Part shown: piece by piece, positions 20,611 to 31,454 of the stretch
How the letters are laid out: each line of letters opens with the position of its first letter
Numbering within the stretch: the stretch's first letter is position 1
NCBI GenBank assembly: GCA_009699315.1
Contig: WLOK01000001.1
Location: 18,216-82,215 of the forward strand
DNA: 64,000 nucleotides
Origin: Actinomycetota bacterium
GTDB taxonomy: Bacteria; Actinomycetota; Actinomycetes; S36-B12
Reading direction: 5' to 3'
Notes under the pieces: model-generated
What the model was told of the DNA's origin: nothing
Database searches by the model: none
Seen by the model: only the letters and a program-made list of their open reading frames with translations
Program-made: the position numbers and the translations under genes

Positions 20611-21926
20611 GAATCCTCCTCGGACACGGTGGAAATGACTTGAGGGCCACGATCATCTTCGGGGATCACCCAAGTGGCCGGGTCAGCGGGCACCTGGTCA
20701 CCGCTGCGGATGTCCTTAATCTCGCTGCCAGAGTCGGTCAGAAACCAGACGAAGGGAATTCCCCTTCGCTCTGCATAACGGATTTGCTTACCAAATTTGT
20801 CGGGGTGCGCAGCGACCTCGCAGGAAATACCGCGGGACCGCAAGGTAGCCGCCACCGAGGCACTGGCCGATCGGCCATCCTCGTCATTGACTGCCACAAG
20901 TACTGCACTCGGTACCGAACGTGAGACGGACACGAGATCGCGCCCCAGCAGGATGGAGACGAGGCGAGTAACACCAAGTGAGATTCCTACCCCCGGGAAC
21001 ACTCGATTGCCCACAGACGCGAGAGTGTCGTATCGACCGCCAGAACAGATCGATCCAACGGACTCGTATCCGGCCAACTCTGTCTCGTAGACAGTGCCCG
21101 TGTAGTAGTCGAGTCCACGCGCAATGCGCAGGTTTGCGACTACGGCTGCCCTGTTCTCGGTCTGCACGCCGGCGATAACAGCGCTCAATTCCGTCAGACC
21201 CTCGTCCAGCAAATCATTCTGTACTCCCAGAGCACGAACTCGATCTACAAACGACAGATCCGTCGTCCGGATATCGGCGAGAGCCAAACACGCATTGGCC
21301 GCAGCCGCACTCAAGCCGACATCAGATTGCAGTAGCGCCGACACCTTCGCGGGACCAATCTTGTCGAGTTTATCGATTGCACGAAGAACCAAAGCTGGGT
21401 CCTCTGCCCCCAATCCGCGATAGAACCCCTCGGCGAGCTTGCGGTTGTTGACAGAGATGACTGCCCGCGGGATGGGCAACGCCGCAAACACCTCCGCCAT
21501 AACAAGGGCCATCTCGACCTCGTGGTGAATGCCGAGAGATCCGTCACCCACGATGTCGATATCGGCCTGCGTGAACTCACGGAAGCGACCTTCTTGGGGC
21601 CGTTCTCCTCGCCATACCTTTTGAATCTGGTAGCGCCGAAACGGAAACGCAAGGTGCCCCGCATGCTCAACAACGTAGCGAGCCAATGGCACAGTTAAAT
21701 CGAAGTGGAGCGCGAGGTCATCATCACCCTCTCCCTGCAGTCTGCGGACGCCGTACACCTCTTTATCGATCTCGCCTTTTCGCAGTAACTCTGCGACCGG
21801 CTCGACCGAGCGAGTCTCTATTGACGCAAACCCATGCAGTTCGAAGACCCTACGCGCCGTGTCTGTGATCGCAAGTTCGACCTGTCGACCCTCAGGCAAC
21901 CATTCGGGAAAACCAGACAACGCCAT
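20607..21926 (-). CDS. hisS: Histidine--tRNA ligase
   Basis: Class II HisRS. I placed the start at the ATG at 21924-21926 ('[13 protein letters not shown]'), preceded by GAGAGGAG and 1 nt after the stop of the upstream MBL gene. The anticodon-binding C-terminus is present. Confidence 0.9.
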   Translation of the reverse strand: MALSGFPEWLPEGRQVELAITDTARRVFELHGFASIETRSVEPVAELLRKGEIDKEVYGVRRLQGEGDDDLALHFDLTVPLARYVVEHAGHLAFPFRRYQIQKVWRGERPQEGRFREFTQADIDIVGDGSLGIHHEVEMALVMAEVFAALPIPRAVISVNNRKLAEGFYRGLGAEDPALVLRAIDKLDKIGPAKVSALLQSDVGLSAAAANACLALADIRTTDLSFVDRVRALGVQNDLLDEGLTELSAVIAGVQTENRAAVVANLRIARGLDYYTGTVYETELAGYESVGSICSGGRYDTLASVGNRVFPGVGISLGVTRLVSILLGRDLVSVSRSVPSAVLVAVNDEDGRSASASVAATLRSRGISCEVAAHPDKFGKQIRYAERRGIPFVWFLTDSGSEIKDIRSGDQVPADPATWVIPEDDRGPQVISTVSEEDS

Positions 21927-21927
21927 C

Positions 21928-22656
21928 TCAGACTCCTCTCCGAGGCGGAGCGATGAATCCACCATCGAGCACCTGTCGGAGATAGGGATTACTTGCGCGT
22001 TCGCGCCCGATTGTCGTCCGTCCTCCATGGCCGGGCAGAACAACCGCATCGTCATCCATCGACAGGATGACGTTACGAAGACTGCGATCCATGGCCGCTA
22101 AGTCTCCACCTGGCAAGTCAGTGCGACCGATCGAGCCCTCAAACAGCACATCCCCACTGAGGACGATGGGTGGTTGCTCCTGCTGCCGCGGAATTTCGAA
22201 GACCACACTCCCCTCGGTGTGTCCGGGGGCATGCGCTACGCGGAAGGTGAGGCCAGCGATATCGAGCATTTCTCCATCATCGAGGGTGCGGACGTCTTGC
22301 GGGTCGGTGAGTTCAAGTTCACCTGATGTCATGGACAGGAGTTGATCGCGAGACATGGTGAAGGTGCTGCCGATGGGATCCGCGAGGCGATAGCGATCTT
22401 CAGGGTGGATGTAGGCGGGGATTCCATGATCTTTCGTGAGGGGAGTAACTGACCAGATGTGGTCTATATGGCCGTGGGTGAGCAGAACCGCCACGGGCAG
22501 GAGCCTGTTCTCAGCCAAGATCTCACGCAAACGCGGACCACAGCCCTGACCGGGATCTACGATCACACACTCGCTGCCGGGGGCCGGGGCCAGCACGAAA
22601 AAATTTGTGCCCCAAGGGCCCGCCGGGAACCCGGAGATGAGCACGACAGCCTCCAC
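21928..22656 (-). CDS. MBL-fold metallo-hydrolase (glyoxalase II-like)
   Basis: 'LLTHGHIDHIW' is an HxHxDH motif and 'HAPGHTEGS' is present. The start may instead be the GTG at 22642-22644, which sits 5 nt after a GGAGG. Confidence 0.85.
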   Translation of the reverse strand: MEAVVLISGFPAGPWGTNFFVLAPAPGSECVIVDPGQGCGPRLREILAENRLLPVAVLLTHGHIDHIWSVTPLTKDHGIPAYIHPEDRYRLADPIGSTFTMSRDQLLSMTSGELELTDPQDVRTLDDGEMLDIAGLTFRVAHAPGHTEGSVVFEIPRQQEQPPIVLSGDVLFEGSIGRTDLPGGDLAAMDRSLRNVILSMDDDAVVLPGHGGRTTIGRERASNPYLRQVLDGGFIAPPRRGV

Positions 22657-22735
22657 CAGGTAGTGACGTGAACCGTGATCGGAATCCTACCGGTCCGGGT
22701 GCGTAGACTCCCCCGGTGGCATCTAGGAGGTGGCT

Positions 22736-23581
22736 GTGACCTCGAACAAGAGGGCAAAGGACTTGGCACGAGCCAAGGCAGATCGGCAGGCGGATCGTCG
22801 CGCGAATCGGGCGAAGCGTCAACGGGTCATCAATCGCGTCGTTGCGGTGGTTGCCGTCGTGGTCATCGCGGCCGGTGGTGTCACGTGGTGGGCACTGAGC
22901 AAGTCCGGGGGCTCCTCCGATGGTGGCGATAGCACACCGACTCCTCAACCAACTCCCACTCAGACGTCAGATGGCCCAACTCCCTCCCCCACGACGCAAC
23001 CGGATCCAGCGTGTACCGAAGCCCCAGCAGTGCGTACGGACGACAAGTCATTCACTGAACCGGGCGACGCAGGCATAAAGCCCAAGACCACGTACAGCCT
23101 GGTTCTCGCGACCAACTGCGGTGACGTGACGATCGAGACATTCGCGGACAAGGCGCCACAGACGGTTAACTCCATGCTTTTCTTAGCCCAACAGGGTTAC
23201 TTCGACTTGACCAAGTGCCATCGCCTCACGACTTCAGGAATCTTCGTCCTGCAATGCGGCGATCCCAAGGCCGTCGGCAGTGGCGGTCCGGGCTACCAAA
23301 TCCCCGATGAAAACCTCCCGGTGGCCGGCACCAACGACTACCCCAAAGGCACGGTCGCCATGGCTAACTCAGGACCGAACACCAATGGAAGCCAGTTCTT
23401 CATTGTCTACGCCGATACGACCTTGCCACCCGGCTACACCATTTGGGGCAAGGTCACATCGGGCTTGGACGTGGTCGAAGGCATTGCGCAGGCGGGCACC
23501 GAAAATGGCATGGGAGACGGCGCTCCTTTGCAGACCACGGTCATCGAGACAGCCAAAGTGAAGTCCGCTCCTGCGGCCTGA
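22736..23581 (+). CDS. ppiB: Membrane-anchored cyclophilin-type peptidyl-prolyl isomerase
   Basis: It has a basic N-terminus, a TM ('VVAVVAVVVIAAGGV'), a P/T/S linker and a cyclophilin core ('GTVAMANSGPNTNGSQFFIV'). I chose the GTG at 22736, 5 nt after AGGAGG. The ORF-track GTG at 22730 overlaps that SD. Confidence 0.88.
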   Translation: MTSNKRAKDLARAKADRQADRRANRAKRQRVINRVVAVVAVVVIAAGGVTWWALSKSGGSSDGGDSTPTPQPTPTQTSDGPTPSPTTQPDPACTEAPAVRTDDKSFTEPGDAGIKPKTTYSLVLATNCGDVTIETFADKAPQTVNSMLFLAQQGYFDLTKCHRLTTSGIFVLQCGDPKAVGSGGPGYQIPDENLPVAGTNDYPKGTVAMANSGPNTNGSQFFIVYADTTLPPGYTIWGKVTSGLDVVEGIAQAGTENGMGDGAPLQTTVIETAKVKSAPAA

Positions 23582-23606
23582 AATAGTTACGGATGAGGGA
23601 GTCTTA

Positions 23607-24890
23607 ATGACGGCGACACCTGGGGGTATCACCCCCGCAATGCTCGCGCCCGCGCGGACGTCTGACGCGCGACGCTTCGGCCGTGTCGAGCCCGATGGAA
23701 CCGTCTACCTGATCCGCGGCACAGACGAAGTCCGCGTAGGTCAGTGGGTCGCGGGTACCCCCGAGCAGGGACTCGCCTTTTATGCCCGCCGCTATGACGA
23801 CCTCATGGTCGAAATAGATCTACTCGCGAGGCGACTGCGCGAGGGGCGTGGATCCACCGAAGATGCCCAGACTTTGATTGCCAAGGCCAAGGCCGCGCTG
23901 GCAACACCCGACTTCGTCGGCGACTGCGAGGCCCTCACTCGTCGATGCGACGAACTCTCCGCATCCATTGAGTCTCGTCGTGTTGCAGCTCAGGCCGAGA
24001 AGGCCGCCCGCAAGACGCAGGCTGCGGCCCGTCGTACAGCCATTGTTGTGGAAGCCGAATCACTAGCTGACGCGACGAACTGGAAGGTCGCCGGTGATCG
24101 CCTTCGTGATCTTCTCGAAGAGTGGAAGACCGCGCCACACGGCGACAAGGGTCCCGAACAAGCGCTCTGGAAACGCTTTAGCGCGGCTCGGAGCAATTTC
24201 GAGCGACGACGCAAGCAGCACTTCTCGCAGGTCGACGCCGAACGCAAGGAGGCCTCTTCCGCTAAGGAGTCGATCATTTCGGAAGCTGAAAAGCTCGCTA
24301 CCTCCACCGATTGGGTGAATGGGGCAAAAGCCTTTCGTACTCTCGTCGATCGTTGGAAGCTCGCACCCCGGGCCCAGCGCTCAGCAGATGATCGTCTTTG
24401 GGCACGGTTCAAGGCCGCTCAGGACTCCTTCTTCGATGCCAAGAACGCAGCAGCTACCGAAGCCGAGGAGGCGCTGCGGCCCAATGTGGAGGCTAAGGCG
24501 GCCTTGGCGGCCGAAGCTGAGGGTCTTTTGCCCATCACTGACGCCAAGGCGGCAAAGGCTGCTCTACGTTCCATCCAGAGCCGCTGGGACGCTGTGGGCG
24601 ACGTACCTCGCGCCGAGCGCGAACGCGTAGAGGGTCGCCTTCGCAAGGTTGAAGAGGCGCTGCGCGCCCTCGAGGCCGACCGGTGGAAGAAGGACAACCC
24701 CGAAGCACGCGCTCGAGCTGAAGCGACTGTGGCTGCGTTCCAGATCTCCGTGGACAAGCTCTCAAAAGAACTTGCCAACGCTAAGGCCAAGGCCAATGAT
24801 GCTGCGGTGACCAAGGCTGAGAATGCGCTGGCTTCATCTCAGCCCCTTCTCGAGGCAGCAAAGCGTGCACTTGAAGAATTCGGTGGCTGA
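23607..24890 (+). CDS. DUF349 repeat protein
   Basis: 427 aa, highly charged and helical. Repeated modules look like 'LWKRFSAARSNFERRRKQHF' and 'LWARFKAAQDSFFDAKNAAA', as in DUF349 (recalled). A GAGGGAG SD lies upstream. Confidence 0.7.
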   Translation: MTATPGGITPAMLAPARTSDARRFGRVEPDGTVYLIRGTDEVRVGQWVAGTPEQGLAFYARRYDDLMVEIDLLARRLREGRGSTEDAQTLIAKAKAALATPDFVGDCEALTRRCDELSASIESRRVAAQAEKAARKTQAAARRTAIVVEAESLADATNWKVAGDRLRDLLEEWKTAPHGDKGPEQALWKRFSAARSNFERRRKQHFSQVDAERKEASSAKESIISEAEKLATSTDWVNGAKAFRTLVDRWKLAPRAQRSADDRLWARFKAAQDSFFDAKNAAATEAEEALRPNVEAKAALAAEAEGLLPITDAKAAKAALRSIQSRWDAVGDVPRAERERVEGRLRKVEEALRALEADRWKKDNPEARARAEATVAAFQISVDKLSKELANAKAKANDAAVTKAENALASSQPLLEAAKRALEEFGG

Positions 24891-27113
24891 TCACACTCGG
24901 TAGACGTCGTAGACGCCTTCGATAGTACGAACAGCCTTAAGCACCGAGCCGAGATGCAACGGGTCGGCCATCTCGAAGGTGAATCGTGACAGTGCGATGC
25001 GATCTCGAGTCGTGGACACAGACGCACTGAGGATGTTGACGTGCTGGTCGGACAAGGTGCGGGTGACATCCGAGAGCAACCTCGAACGATCCAGCGCCTC
25101 GACTTGAATATTGACTAGGAAGACGCTCGACGAAGTGGGCGCCCACTGCACGCGCACGAATCGTTCCGGCTGGCTCTCGAGGCTGGGGACGTTGACACAG
25201 TCTGTCCGGTGAACAGAGACACCCGAGGCGCGAGTAACAAAGCCTAGAATCTCATCACCCGGTACCGGTGTGCAGCACTTGGCTAGTTTGACCCAGACAT
25301 CATCCGTGCCCACGACGGTCACGCCCGGATCTCCGGACGCCGACTTGCGCGAAGAGTGAGCGCGCCCAGGTGTGAAAGTTTCGGCAACGTCATCGGACGC
25401 GCCTTCCACTCCCCCGGCCGCATCCACGAGTCGCTGCACAATGGTCGCCGCAGAGATCCGACCATCACCCACTGCCGCATAGAGAGCCGTGATGTCGGAC
25501 TGATGAAGTTCCGCCGCAATACCCTGCATGGACTGATTGGTCATCAAGCGCTGGAGCGGGAGACCCTGCTTACGCATCGCACGGACGATGGAATCCTTGC
25601 CGGTTTCGATCGCCTCTTCGCGGCGTTCGCGCGAGAACCACGCCTTGATCTTGGACTTAGCACGAGGCGACGCCACGAAGGTGAGCCAGTCGCGACTTGG
25701 TCCGGCACCCTCGGACTTAGTGGTGAATACCTCCACCACGTCGCCGCTCTCCAGCGCGGACTCGAGGGACACCAATTTTCCGTTGACCCTGGCCCCCACG
25801 CACTTGTGGCCGACCTCCGTGTGGACGCTGTAGGCGAAGTCGACCGGAGTGGCCCCACTAGGCAAAGCGATGACGTCGCCTTTGGGTGTGAAGACGAAAA
25901 CTTCGGTGGAATTCAGATCGAAACGCAGAGAGTCAAGAAACTCGTCAGGGTCGTCTGTCTCGCGTTGCCACTCTAGGAGCTGGCGGAGCCAGCCGAGATC
26001 GTCTGGACCGGTCTTACCGCTGACCTCCTGCTGCTTATAACGCCAGTGCGCCGCCACACCAAACTCTGCGGCACGGTGCATATCGCGCGTGCGTATCTGC
26101 AATTCAACAGGTTTGCCGTCAGGGCCAATAACCGTCGTATGCAGCGACTGATACATATTGAACTTCGGCATGGCAATGAAGTCTTTGAAACGGCCAGGGA
26201 CCGGACTCCATCGCGAGTGGACGATTCCGAGGACGCCATAGCAATCGCGGATCGAATCGACCAAAATGCGGACACCCACTAGGTCGTAAATCTCCGCGAA
26301 ATCTCGACCTTTTACGATCATCTTTTGGTAGATGGAGTAATAGTGCTTGGGCCTTCCGGTCACAGAAGCGCGGAGCTTCGAAGTACGCAGATCCTCTTCA
26401 ATCTCTGTGACGACCTTGGCCAGAAAGAAATCTCGTGAGGGAGCACGCTGACTGACGAGAGACACAATCTCGTCGAACATCTTCGGATGCAACGTCGCGA
26501 AGGACAGGTCCTCGAGTTCCCACTTCATCGCGTTGATGCCAAGGCGATGAGCAAGGGGTGCATAGATTTCGAGTGTCTCGCGCGCCTTTTTCTCCTGCTT
26601 GTCGATGGGCATGTAACGCAGGGTTCGCATGTTGTGCAGGCGATCAGCGAGCTTCACCACGAGGACACGTACGTCGCGCGCCATAGCAATAACCATCTTG
26701 CGGACGGTTTCGGCGGCCGAAGTCTCTCCGTACTGGACCCGATCAAGTTTGGTGACTCCGTCAACAAGTGCTGCAATCTCTGCGCCGAAATCTTCGCGCA
26801 ATTCGTCGAGGGAGTACTCGGTGTCCTCGACGGCGTCGTGCAGAAGTGCCGCAGCCAAAGTTGGCACAGTCATACCCAATTCGGCCAAGATAAGCGCGAC
26901 GGCAATCGGGTGGGTGATGTAGGGCTCACCGGAGCGGCGCAGTTGATCACGGTGGAGATAGGCAGAGACCTCATAGGCACGCTGGAGCACCTTGACATCA
27001 CTCTTGGGGTGGAACTGACGCAGCGCTTTGAGCACAGGGTCTAACTCCGACGGGCCGGATCGGTTCGACGCGAACCGGGCCAGTCGGGATCTCAAACTGA
27101 GATCCTGTGCCAC
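24891..27113 (-). CDS. relA: Bifunctional (p)ppGpp synthetase/hydrolase (RelA/SpoT homologue)
   Basis: 740 aa. It has an HD hydrolase domain ('[15 protein letters not shown]...HDAVEDT'), a synthetase domain ('YSIYQKM...DLVGVRIL') and TGS and ACT C-terminal domains. GTG start after GAGGAG. Confidence 0.96.
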   Translation of the reverse strand: MAQDLSLRSRLARFASNRSGPSELDPVLKALRQFHPKSDVKVLQRAYEVSAYLHRDQLRRSGEPYITHPIAVALILAELGMTVPTLAAALLHDAVEDTEYSLDELREDFGAEIAALVDGVTKLDRVQYGETSAAETVRKMVIAMARDVRVLVVKLADRLHNMRTLRYMPIDKQEKKARETLEIYAPLAHRLGINAMKWELEDLSFATLHPKMFDEIVSLVSQRAPSRDFFLAKVVTEIEEDLRTSKLRASVTGRPKHYYSIYQKMIVKGRDFAEIYDLVGVRILVDSIRDCYGVLGIVHSRWSPVPGRFKDFIAMPKFNMYQSLHTTVIGPDGKPVELQIRTRDMHRAAEFGVAAHWRYKQQEVSGKTGPDDLGWLRQLLEWQRETDDPDEFLDSLRFDLNSTEVFVFTPKGDVIALPSGATPVDFAYSVHTEVGHKCVGARVNGKLVSLESALESGDVVEVFTTKSEGAGPSRDWLTFVASPRAKSKIKAWFSRERREEAIETGKDSIVRAMRKQGLPLQRLMTNQSMQGIAAELHQSDITALYAAVGDGRISAATIVQRLVDAAGGVEGASDDVAETFTPGRAHSSRKSASGDPGVTVVGTDDVWVKLAKCCTPVPGDEILGFVTRASGVSVHRTDCVNVPSLESQPERFVRVQWAPTSSSVFLVNIQVEALDRSRLLSDVTRTLSDQHVNILSASVSTTRDRIALSRFTFEMADPLHLGSVLKAVRTIEGVYDVYRV

Positions 27114-27156
27114 TGGGCTCCTCTAGGTCGTACGTGACACCAGTGTAGGCGCTTGA

Positions 27157-28218
27157 TCAGCCACGCTTGGAACGCTTGGAACGGACCTGCTTCTTTGGCT
27201 GCACGCGCCCGCCTGAATCCGGTAGCGCGACACCTTCTTCGCCCTCCTTGGTTCGGCCCGCAGCCCGACGGCCACGGACACGCTGAGCAAGGGCTTTCAT
27301 CTCGGGTTGGGATTCCTTCAACTGAGCGAGCAAAACCGTCGCGATAGTCAATGACGAATAGGCACCAGCCAGCATGCCCACGAGGAGAGCAACGGCGAGA
27401 TCGAGCAACGTGCCTGCACCCAGCAGACCCGCCCCGACCACGATGATCGCCACAACAGGCAGCAAGGCCACGATGGAGGTGTTGATCGAACGGACGAGGG
27501 TCTGGTTGACCGCTAAGTTGGCCGCCTCGCTATACGTCAAGACGGACTGACCAGTGATGCCGCGGGTATTTTCTTTGACTTTGTCGAAGACCACCACGGT
27601 GTCATAGAGCGAATAACCAAGAATTGTCAGGAAACCGATGACGGTCGCAGGAGTTACTTCGAGCCCGGTGAGTGCATAGATACCAACGGTGATCACGATG
27701 TCGTGGATGAGGGCGACGAGGGCCGCGAGCGCCATTCGCCACTCGAAGTAGATCGCGAGGAAGATGGCAACGAGCAGCAGGAACACCACCAGAGCGACGA
27801 GAGCCTTCTTGGTGATCTCACCACCCCAACTTGGCCCCACTAATTGGGTTTGAATATCACCCGCGGGCACACCGCACTCGGCCGAAAGCGCCTTGACAAC
27901 CTCTGTGCTGGTCTTAGTGTCGATTGGCGGCACTTGTACGCGAATATCGCCCGCGCCAGTTTGGGTGACAATCGCTTCGCCACCCGCTGCGGCTGAAGCA
28001 GTGCTGCGCGCTTGCTCCACCGAACAGGTCGGGCTGGGCAGCCGGAATTCGGCGCCACCACGGAACTCGATGCCAAGGTTGAGACCGCGAATAAGGAGTG
28101 CGGCGATTGCCACGAGCAAGATCGCGGCAGAGATGAGGTACCACATCTTTCGGCGACCCACGAAGTTGATAGATGCCTCACCGGAGTACAGCCGGCGACC
28201 CAGAGATCCAAGTCCCAT
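27157..28218 (-). CDS. secF: Protein translocase subunit SecF
   Basis: 353 aa. 'INFVGRRKMWYLISA' is the typical start and the RND-like six-TM core is present. Its ATG shares one base with the secD TGA. Confidence 0.94.
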   Translation of the reverse strand: MGLGSLGRRLYSGEASINFVGRRKMWYLISAAILLVAIAALLIRGLNLGIEFRGGAEFRLPSPTCSVEQARSTASAAAGGEAIVTQTGAGDIRVQVPPIDTKTSTEVVKALSAECGVPAGDIQTQLVGPSWGGEITKKALVALVVFLLLVAIFLAIYFEWRMALAALVALIHDIVITVGIYALTGLEVTPATVIGFLTILGYSLYDTVVVFDKVKENTRGITGQSVLTYSEAANLAVNQTLVRSINTSIVALLPVVAIIVVGAGLLGAGTLLDLAVALLVGMLAGAYSSLTIATVLLAQLKESQPEMKALAQRVRGRRAAGRTKEGEEGVALPDSGGRVQPKKQVRSKRSKRG

Positions 28219-30071
28219 CAGAGATCGCCCTCCTCGTTCGCATCAACATTCTTTTCGGCGGAGGCTTGCGCTTTAGTCGCCGCCACAGACTTGCGGCCCT
28301 TCGTTGTGCTCATCACCAGAGAGTGCCCACCGAGTCGACGAGGATCGAGTCCAGTCAACATGCTTCCACGCTGCATCCAACTCGTACGGCCGAACAACAC
28401 GACCAGCGGTCGAGTGAAGAGGAAGGCCACGATGACGTCAATGACAGTGGTGAGACCCAAGGCAAATGCGAAGCCCTGCACGCCACCAATAGCCAAGAAG
28501 AACAGCACTACTGCCGCTAGCAAGGACACGAAGTCGGCAGCGAGCAGAGTGCGACGAGCCCGTGACCAACCAGCGTCCGTGGCCTGACGCAGGGATTTGC
28601 CGTCACGGATCTCGTCTCGGATACGCTCGAAATACACGATGAACGAGTCGGCGGTGATGCCAATCGACACGATGGCTCCGGCAATGGCAGCGAGAGTCAG
28701 GGCAAGACCAGTGGTATTGCCCATTCCTACAAACGCGGTGTAGGTCATGCCGCCGGCCAAGATCAAACTGGCTCCGGCTACAAGTCCCAATGCACGGTAA
28801 TAAAGAAGCAGGTAGATCATCACGAGGACCAAGCCGATGATGCCGGCGATAATTCCGCCACGAAGCTGATCAGCCCCGAGAGTCGGCGACACACTGGTCA
28901 CCTCGGAGATCTCCAATTTCACCGGCAGCGCGCCGTAGTTCAGCACGTTCGCGAGATCTTCCGCTGACTGCTTGGTGAAGTCGCCAGTAATCGAGGCATT
29001 GCCGCCGATAATGGCCTGATTAAAACGCGGCGAGGAGACGACGACACCGTCGAGCACGATCGCAAAAGCGTTACAGGGTCCAGGAGTTCCCACCTGACAC
29101 TCCGGCAACGCGACGAGTTTCTGCGAAGCCTCGGTCAGCGCCTTTGCCCCTTCTGAGTCAAAGGTTAGGTTGACCGACCAACCGCCGACACCGTTCTGCG
29201 GCGGTTGCGCGGACGCCGAGGCAACATTCGTGCCACGGATGAATGCTGGCTGCAGGTTGTATTTAAGTCCGCCACCTTGCAAGCACGTGCCGAGCCACAG
29301 CGTGGGGTCATCGGGGCTACCTCCCGCGGCTGTCTCGGGGTTGGTGCAATCCAACGCCAACACCTTTTCCTGATAAGCCGCGTCGTTGTTCGGCGACTGC
29401 ACGATCTCTAGGACTGGCTTGACAGTGGGTGCCGGTGACGGCGTGGGAGTGGGTGAAGCCGTAGGTGAAGGTGTGGGTGAAGCCGTAGGTGAAGGTGTGG
29501 GTGAAGCCGTAGGTGAAGGTGTGGGTGAAGCCGTGGGTGAAGGTGTGGGTGAAGGTGACGCCGTATCTGCAAGATTCAGCGATGCGCTCGCACTCTTAGT
29601 CGCAGTGGCAGTCGGAATCGGCGTCTCTGTGGGGCTTGGTGCCGATGCGGAGGGACTTGGAGTCGGAGTGGGCTGGGGGGCTGCAGGCTGAGGCGGAAGC
29701 TCGTCTTGAACGGCCCGGAAGTCGAGTAACGCGGTGCGACCCACTAGTTCGACCAGACGATCAGATGTCACGCCTGGAACCGAGACCATGATGTTGCTGC
29801 CCACGATGGAAATCTCGGCTTCAGTGACACCAAGGCCATTGACGCGCTTGCGAATGATCTCTTGCGCCTGTTGGAGCTGCACATCCGTGATGGGCTGTCC
29901 AGCCGTGATGGGCTGAGGCGTCAAGATGACCTGCGTGCCGCCGCTGAGGTCTAGACCCAGCTTCGGAGTAAGTGAGTGGCCAGGCCAGAAAGCCCAAGCG
30001 GCAAGCCCGACCAATAGCACCAATAGCACGACCAGCGAACGCCATGGGCGTGGATTAGACGGCGCAGCCAT
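28218..30071 (-). CDS. secD: Protein translocase subunit SecD, with an inserted Pro/Thr/Ser-rich repeat linker
   Basis: 617 aa. It has the SecD N-terminal TM, 'LGLDLSGG' and the C-terminal six-TM core. A low-complexity P/T/S insert of roughly 100 aa lies in the periplasmic domain. Confidence 0.94.
   Translation of the reverse strand: MAAPSNPRPWRSLVVLLVLLVGLAAWAFWPGHSLTPKLGLDLSGGTQVILTPQPITAGQPITDVQLQQAQEIIRKRVNGLGVTEAEISIVGSNIMVSVPGVTSDRLVELVGRTALLDFRAVQDELPPQPAAPQPTPTPSPSASAPSPTETPIPTATATKSASASLNLADTASPSPTPSPTASPTPSPTASPTPSPTASPTPSPTASPTPTPSPAPTVKPVLEIVQSPNNDAAYQEKVLALDCTNPETAAGGSPDDPTLWLGTCLQGGGLKYNLQPAFIRGTNVASASAQPPQNGVGGWSVNLTFDSEGAKALTEASQKLVALPECQVGTPGPCNAFAIVLDGVVVSSPRFNQAIIGGNASITGDFTKQSAEDLANVLNYGALPVKLEISEVTSVSPTLGADQLRGGIIAGIIGLVLVMIYLLLYYRALGLVAGASLILAGGMTYTAFVGMGNTTGLALTLAAIAGAIVSIGITADSFIVYFERIRDEIRDGKSLRQATDAGWSRARRTLLAADFVSLLAAVVLFFLAIGGVQGFAFALGLTTVIDVIVAFLFTRPLVVLFGRTSWMQRGSMLTGLDPRRLGGHSLVMSTTKGRKSVAATKAQASAEKNVDANEEGDL
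29449..29556. repeat. In-frame 24-bp tandem repeat (about 4.5 copies) inside secD
   Basis: The unit gtgggtgaagccgtaggtgaaggt repeats at 29449, 29473, 29497 and 29521 (one a>g change in the fourth copy), followed by a partial copy. On the minus strand it encodes (SPTPSPTA)n. Confidence 0.9.
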
Positions 30072-30098
30072 GAGACTCCTCGAATCTACTTGCGTGGA

Positions 30099-30422
30099 TC
30101 AGGAAGCAGAATCAGTGGACGAGGGATCCTGTGGTTCGGACGACACGGCAGGCTCGGTCACGATCTGTGAAATTGCAGCCTTCAGCATCGTGACGCGCAC
30201 ACCTGGGGCGATCTCCAGATCGAACTTATCGTCACCCACTGAAGCGACCGTGCCAAAGACACCAGCGGTCGTCATGATCTCATCGCCGGGTCGGACGGTG
30301 CTGAGCTTCTCCTGCTGTGCGCGGCGCTTCTTTTGCTGCGGGCGCATAACGAGTAGGTAGAAGACGCCGATGATCAGGATAATCGGCAGAAAGGTCGTAA
30401 GAGTTGAGGTATCCACCAGCAC
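30099..30422 (-). CDS. yajC: Preprotein translocase subunit YajC
   Basis: 107 aa. It has a single TM followed by 'RPQQKKRRAQQEKLSTVRPGDEIMTTAGVFGTV', the YajC signature. Confidence 0.9.
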   Translation of the reverse strand: MLVDTSTLTTFLPIILIIGVFYLLVMRPQQKKRRAQQEKLSTVRPGDEIMTTAGVFGTVASVGDDKFDLEIAPGVRVTMLKAAISQIVTEPAVSSEPQDPSSTDSAS

Positions 30423-30425
30423 ACC

Positions 30426-31454
30426 CTAGAGGGAACCCTGCTGCCAAGGCACATTGGGGCGCGTGAGCCCCAGGTGCTCCCACGCACCGGGAGCGGCAAC
30501 TCGCCCTCGAGGCGTACGGACAATCAAGCCAGCACGCACTAGGAACGGCTCAGCGACCGTTTCTACGGTTTCGGGCTCCTCCCCCACGGCCACGGCCAGA
30601 GTTGACAGTCCCACCGGTCCCCCACCGAACTTGCCAATGAGGGCATCAAGCACCGCGCGGTCGAGCCGATCGAGCCCGAGGGCGTCTACTTCGTAGAGTT
30701 CGAGGGCCGCCCGAGCCACTTCAAGTGTCACGATTCCGTTGACGTGCACCAACGCATAGTCACGGACTCGACGCAAAAGCCGGTTGGCGATGCGGGGCGT
30801 GCCACGGGAGCGGCCGGCGATCTCGATTGCTGCAGAATCATGAATCTCCACCTTGAGCAACGCCGCGCTGCGCACAAGGATGCGCTCGAGGTCTGCCGGC
30901 TCGTAGAAGTCCATGTGAGCGGTGAACCCGAAGCGATCTCGCAGGGGTCCTGGTAGTAGCCCAGCACGAGTTGTTGCGGCTACGAGCGTGAATGGCGCAA
31001 GGTCGAGGGGTATCGCCGTTGCTCCCGGTCCCTTGCCGACCATGACATCGACCCGAAAATCCTCCATCGCCAGATAGAGCATCTCCTCTGCGGCCCGGGA
31101 CGTCCGATGACACTCATCGAGAAAGAGAACTTCGCCTGGCTGGAGGCTGGTGAGCACCGCCGCGAGGTCTCCCGCGTGTTGAATCGCTGGGCCAGAGGTG
31201 ATGCGCAACGGCGCTTCGAGTTCGGCAGCGATGATCGTTGCGAGCGTCGTCTTGCCCAAACCGGGCGGGCCAGAGAGTAGTACGTGATCGGCACTTCTCC
31301 CGCGAATGCGCGAGGCTTCCAGAACCAATCCCAATTGTGCCTTGACGCGATCTTGGCCGATGAAGTCCTCAAGTCGAGTCGGCCGAAGTGCACCTTCGAC
31401 AATGAGGTCTTCGGGTTCTGGATTCGCGTCGAGCAAATGGTCATCGGCAGTCAT
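30426..31454 (-). CDS. ruvB: Holliday junction branch migration helicase RuvB
   Basis: 342 aa. Walker A is '[11 protein letters not shown]', and 'LFLDECHR' and the 'RTPRGR' C-terminus are present. Confidence 0.97.
   Translation of the reverse strand: MTADDHLLDANPEPEDLIVEGALRPTRLEDFIGQDRVKAQLGLVLEASRIRGRSADHVLLSGPPGLGKTTLATIIAAELEAPLRITSGPAIQHAGDLAAVLTSLQPGEVLFLDECHRTSRAAEEMLYLAMEDFRVDVMVGKGPGATAIPLDLAPFTLVAATTRAGLLPGPLRDRFGFTAHMDFYEPADLERILVRSAALLKVEIHDSAAIEIAGRSRGTPRIANRLLRRVRDYALVHVNGIVTLEVARAALELYEVDALGLDRLDRAVLDALIGKFGGGPVGLSTLAVAVGEEPETVETVAEPFLVRAGLIVRTPRGRVAAPGAWEHLGLTRPNVPWQQGSL

Noticed and set aside
22657-22729. Weak inverted repeat ACCGG-n19-CCGGT in the MBL/cyclophilin divergent region
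   Set aside because: It has only 5 bp arms in a GC-rich background, which is expected by chance.
27114-27156. Absence of apt between relA and secF, where I recall it in M. tuberculosis
   Set aside because: This is an absence relative to a remembered reference, not a feature of this sequence. The gene may simply be elsewhere in the genome.
29386-29691. The secD repeat region considered as a CRISPR array or as a separate (GEGV)n gene on the + strand
   Set aside because: The repeats are directly adjacent with no spacers, are in frame within secD, and encode its P/T/S linker. The + strand ORF is the antisense reading of that region.
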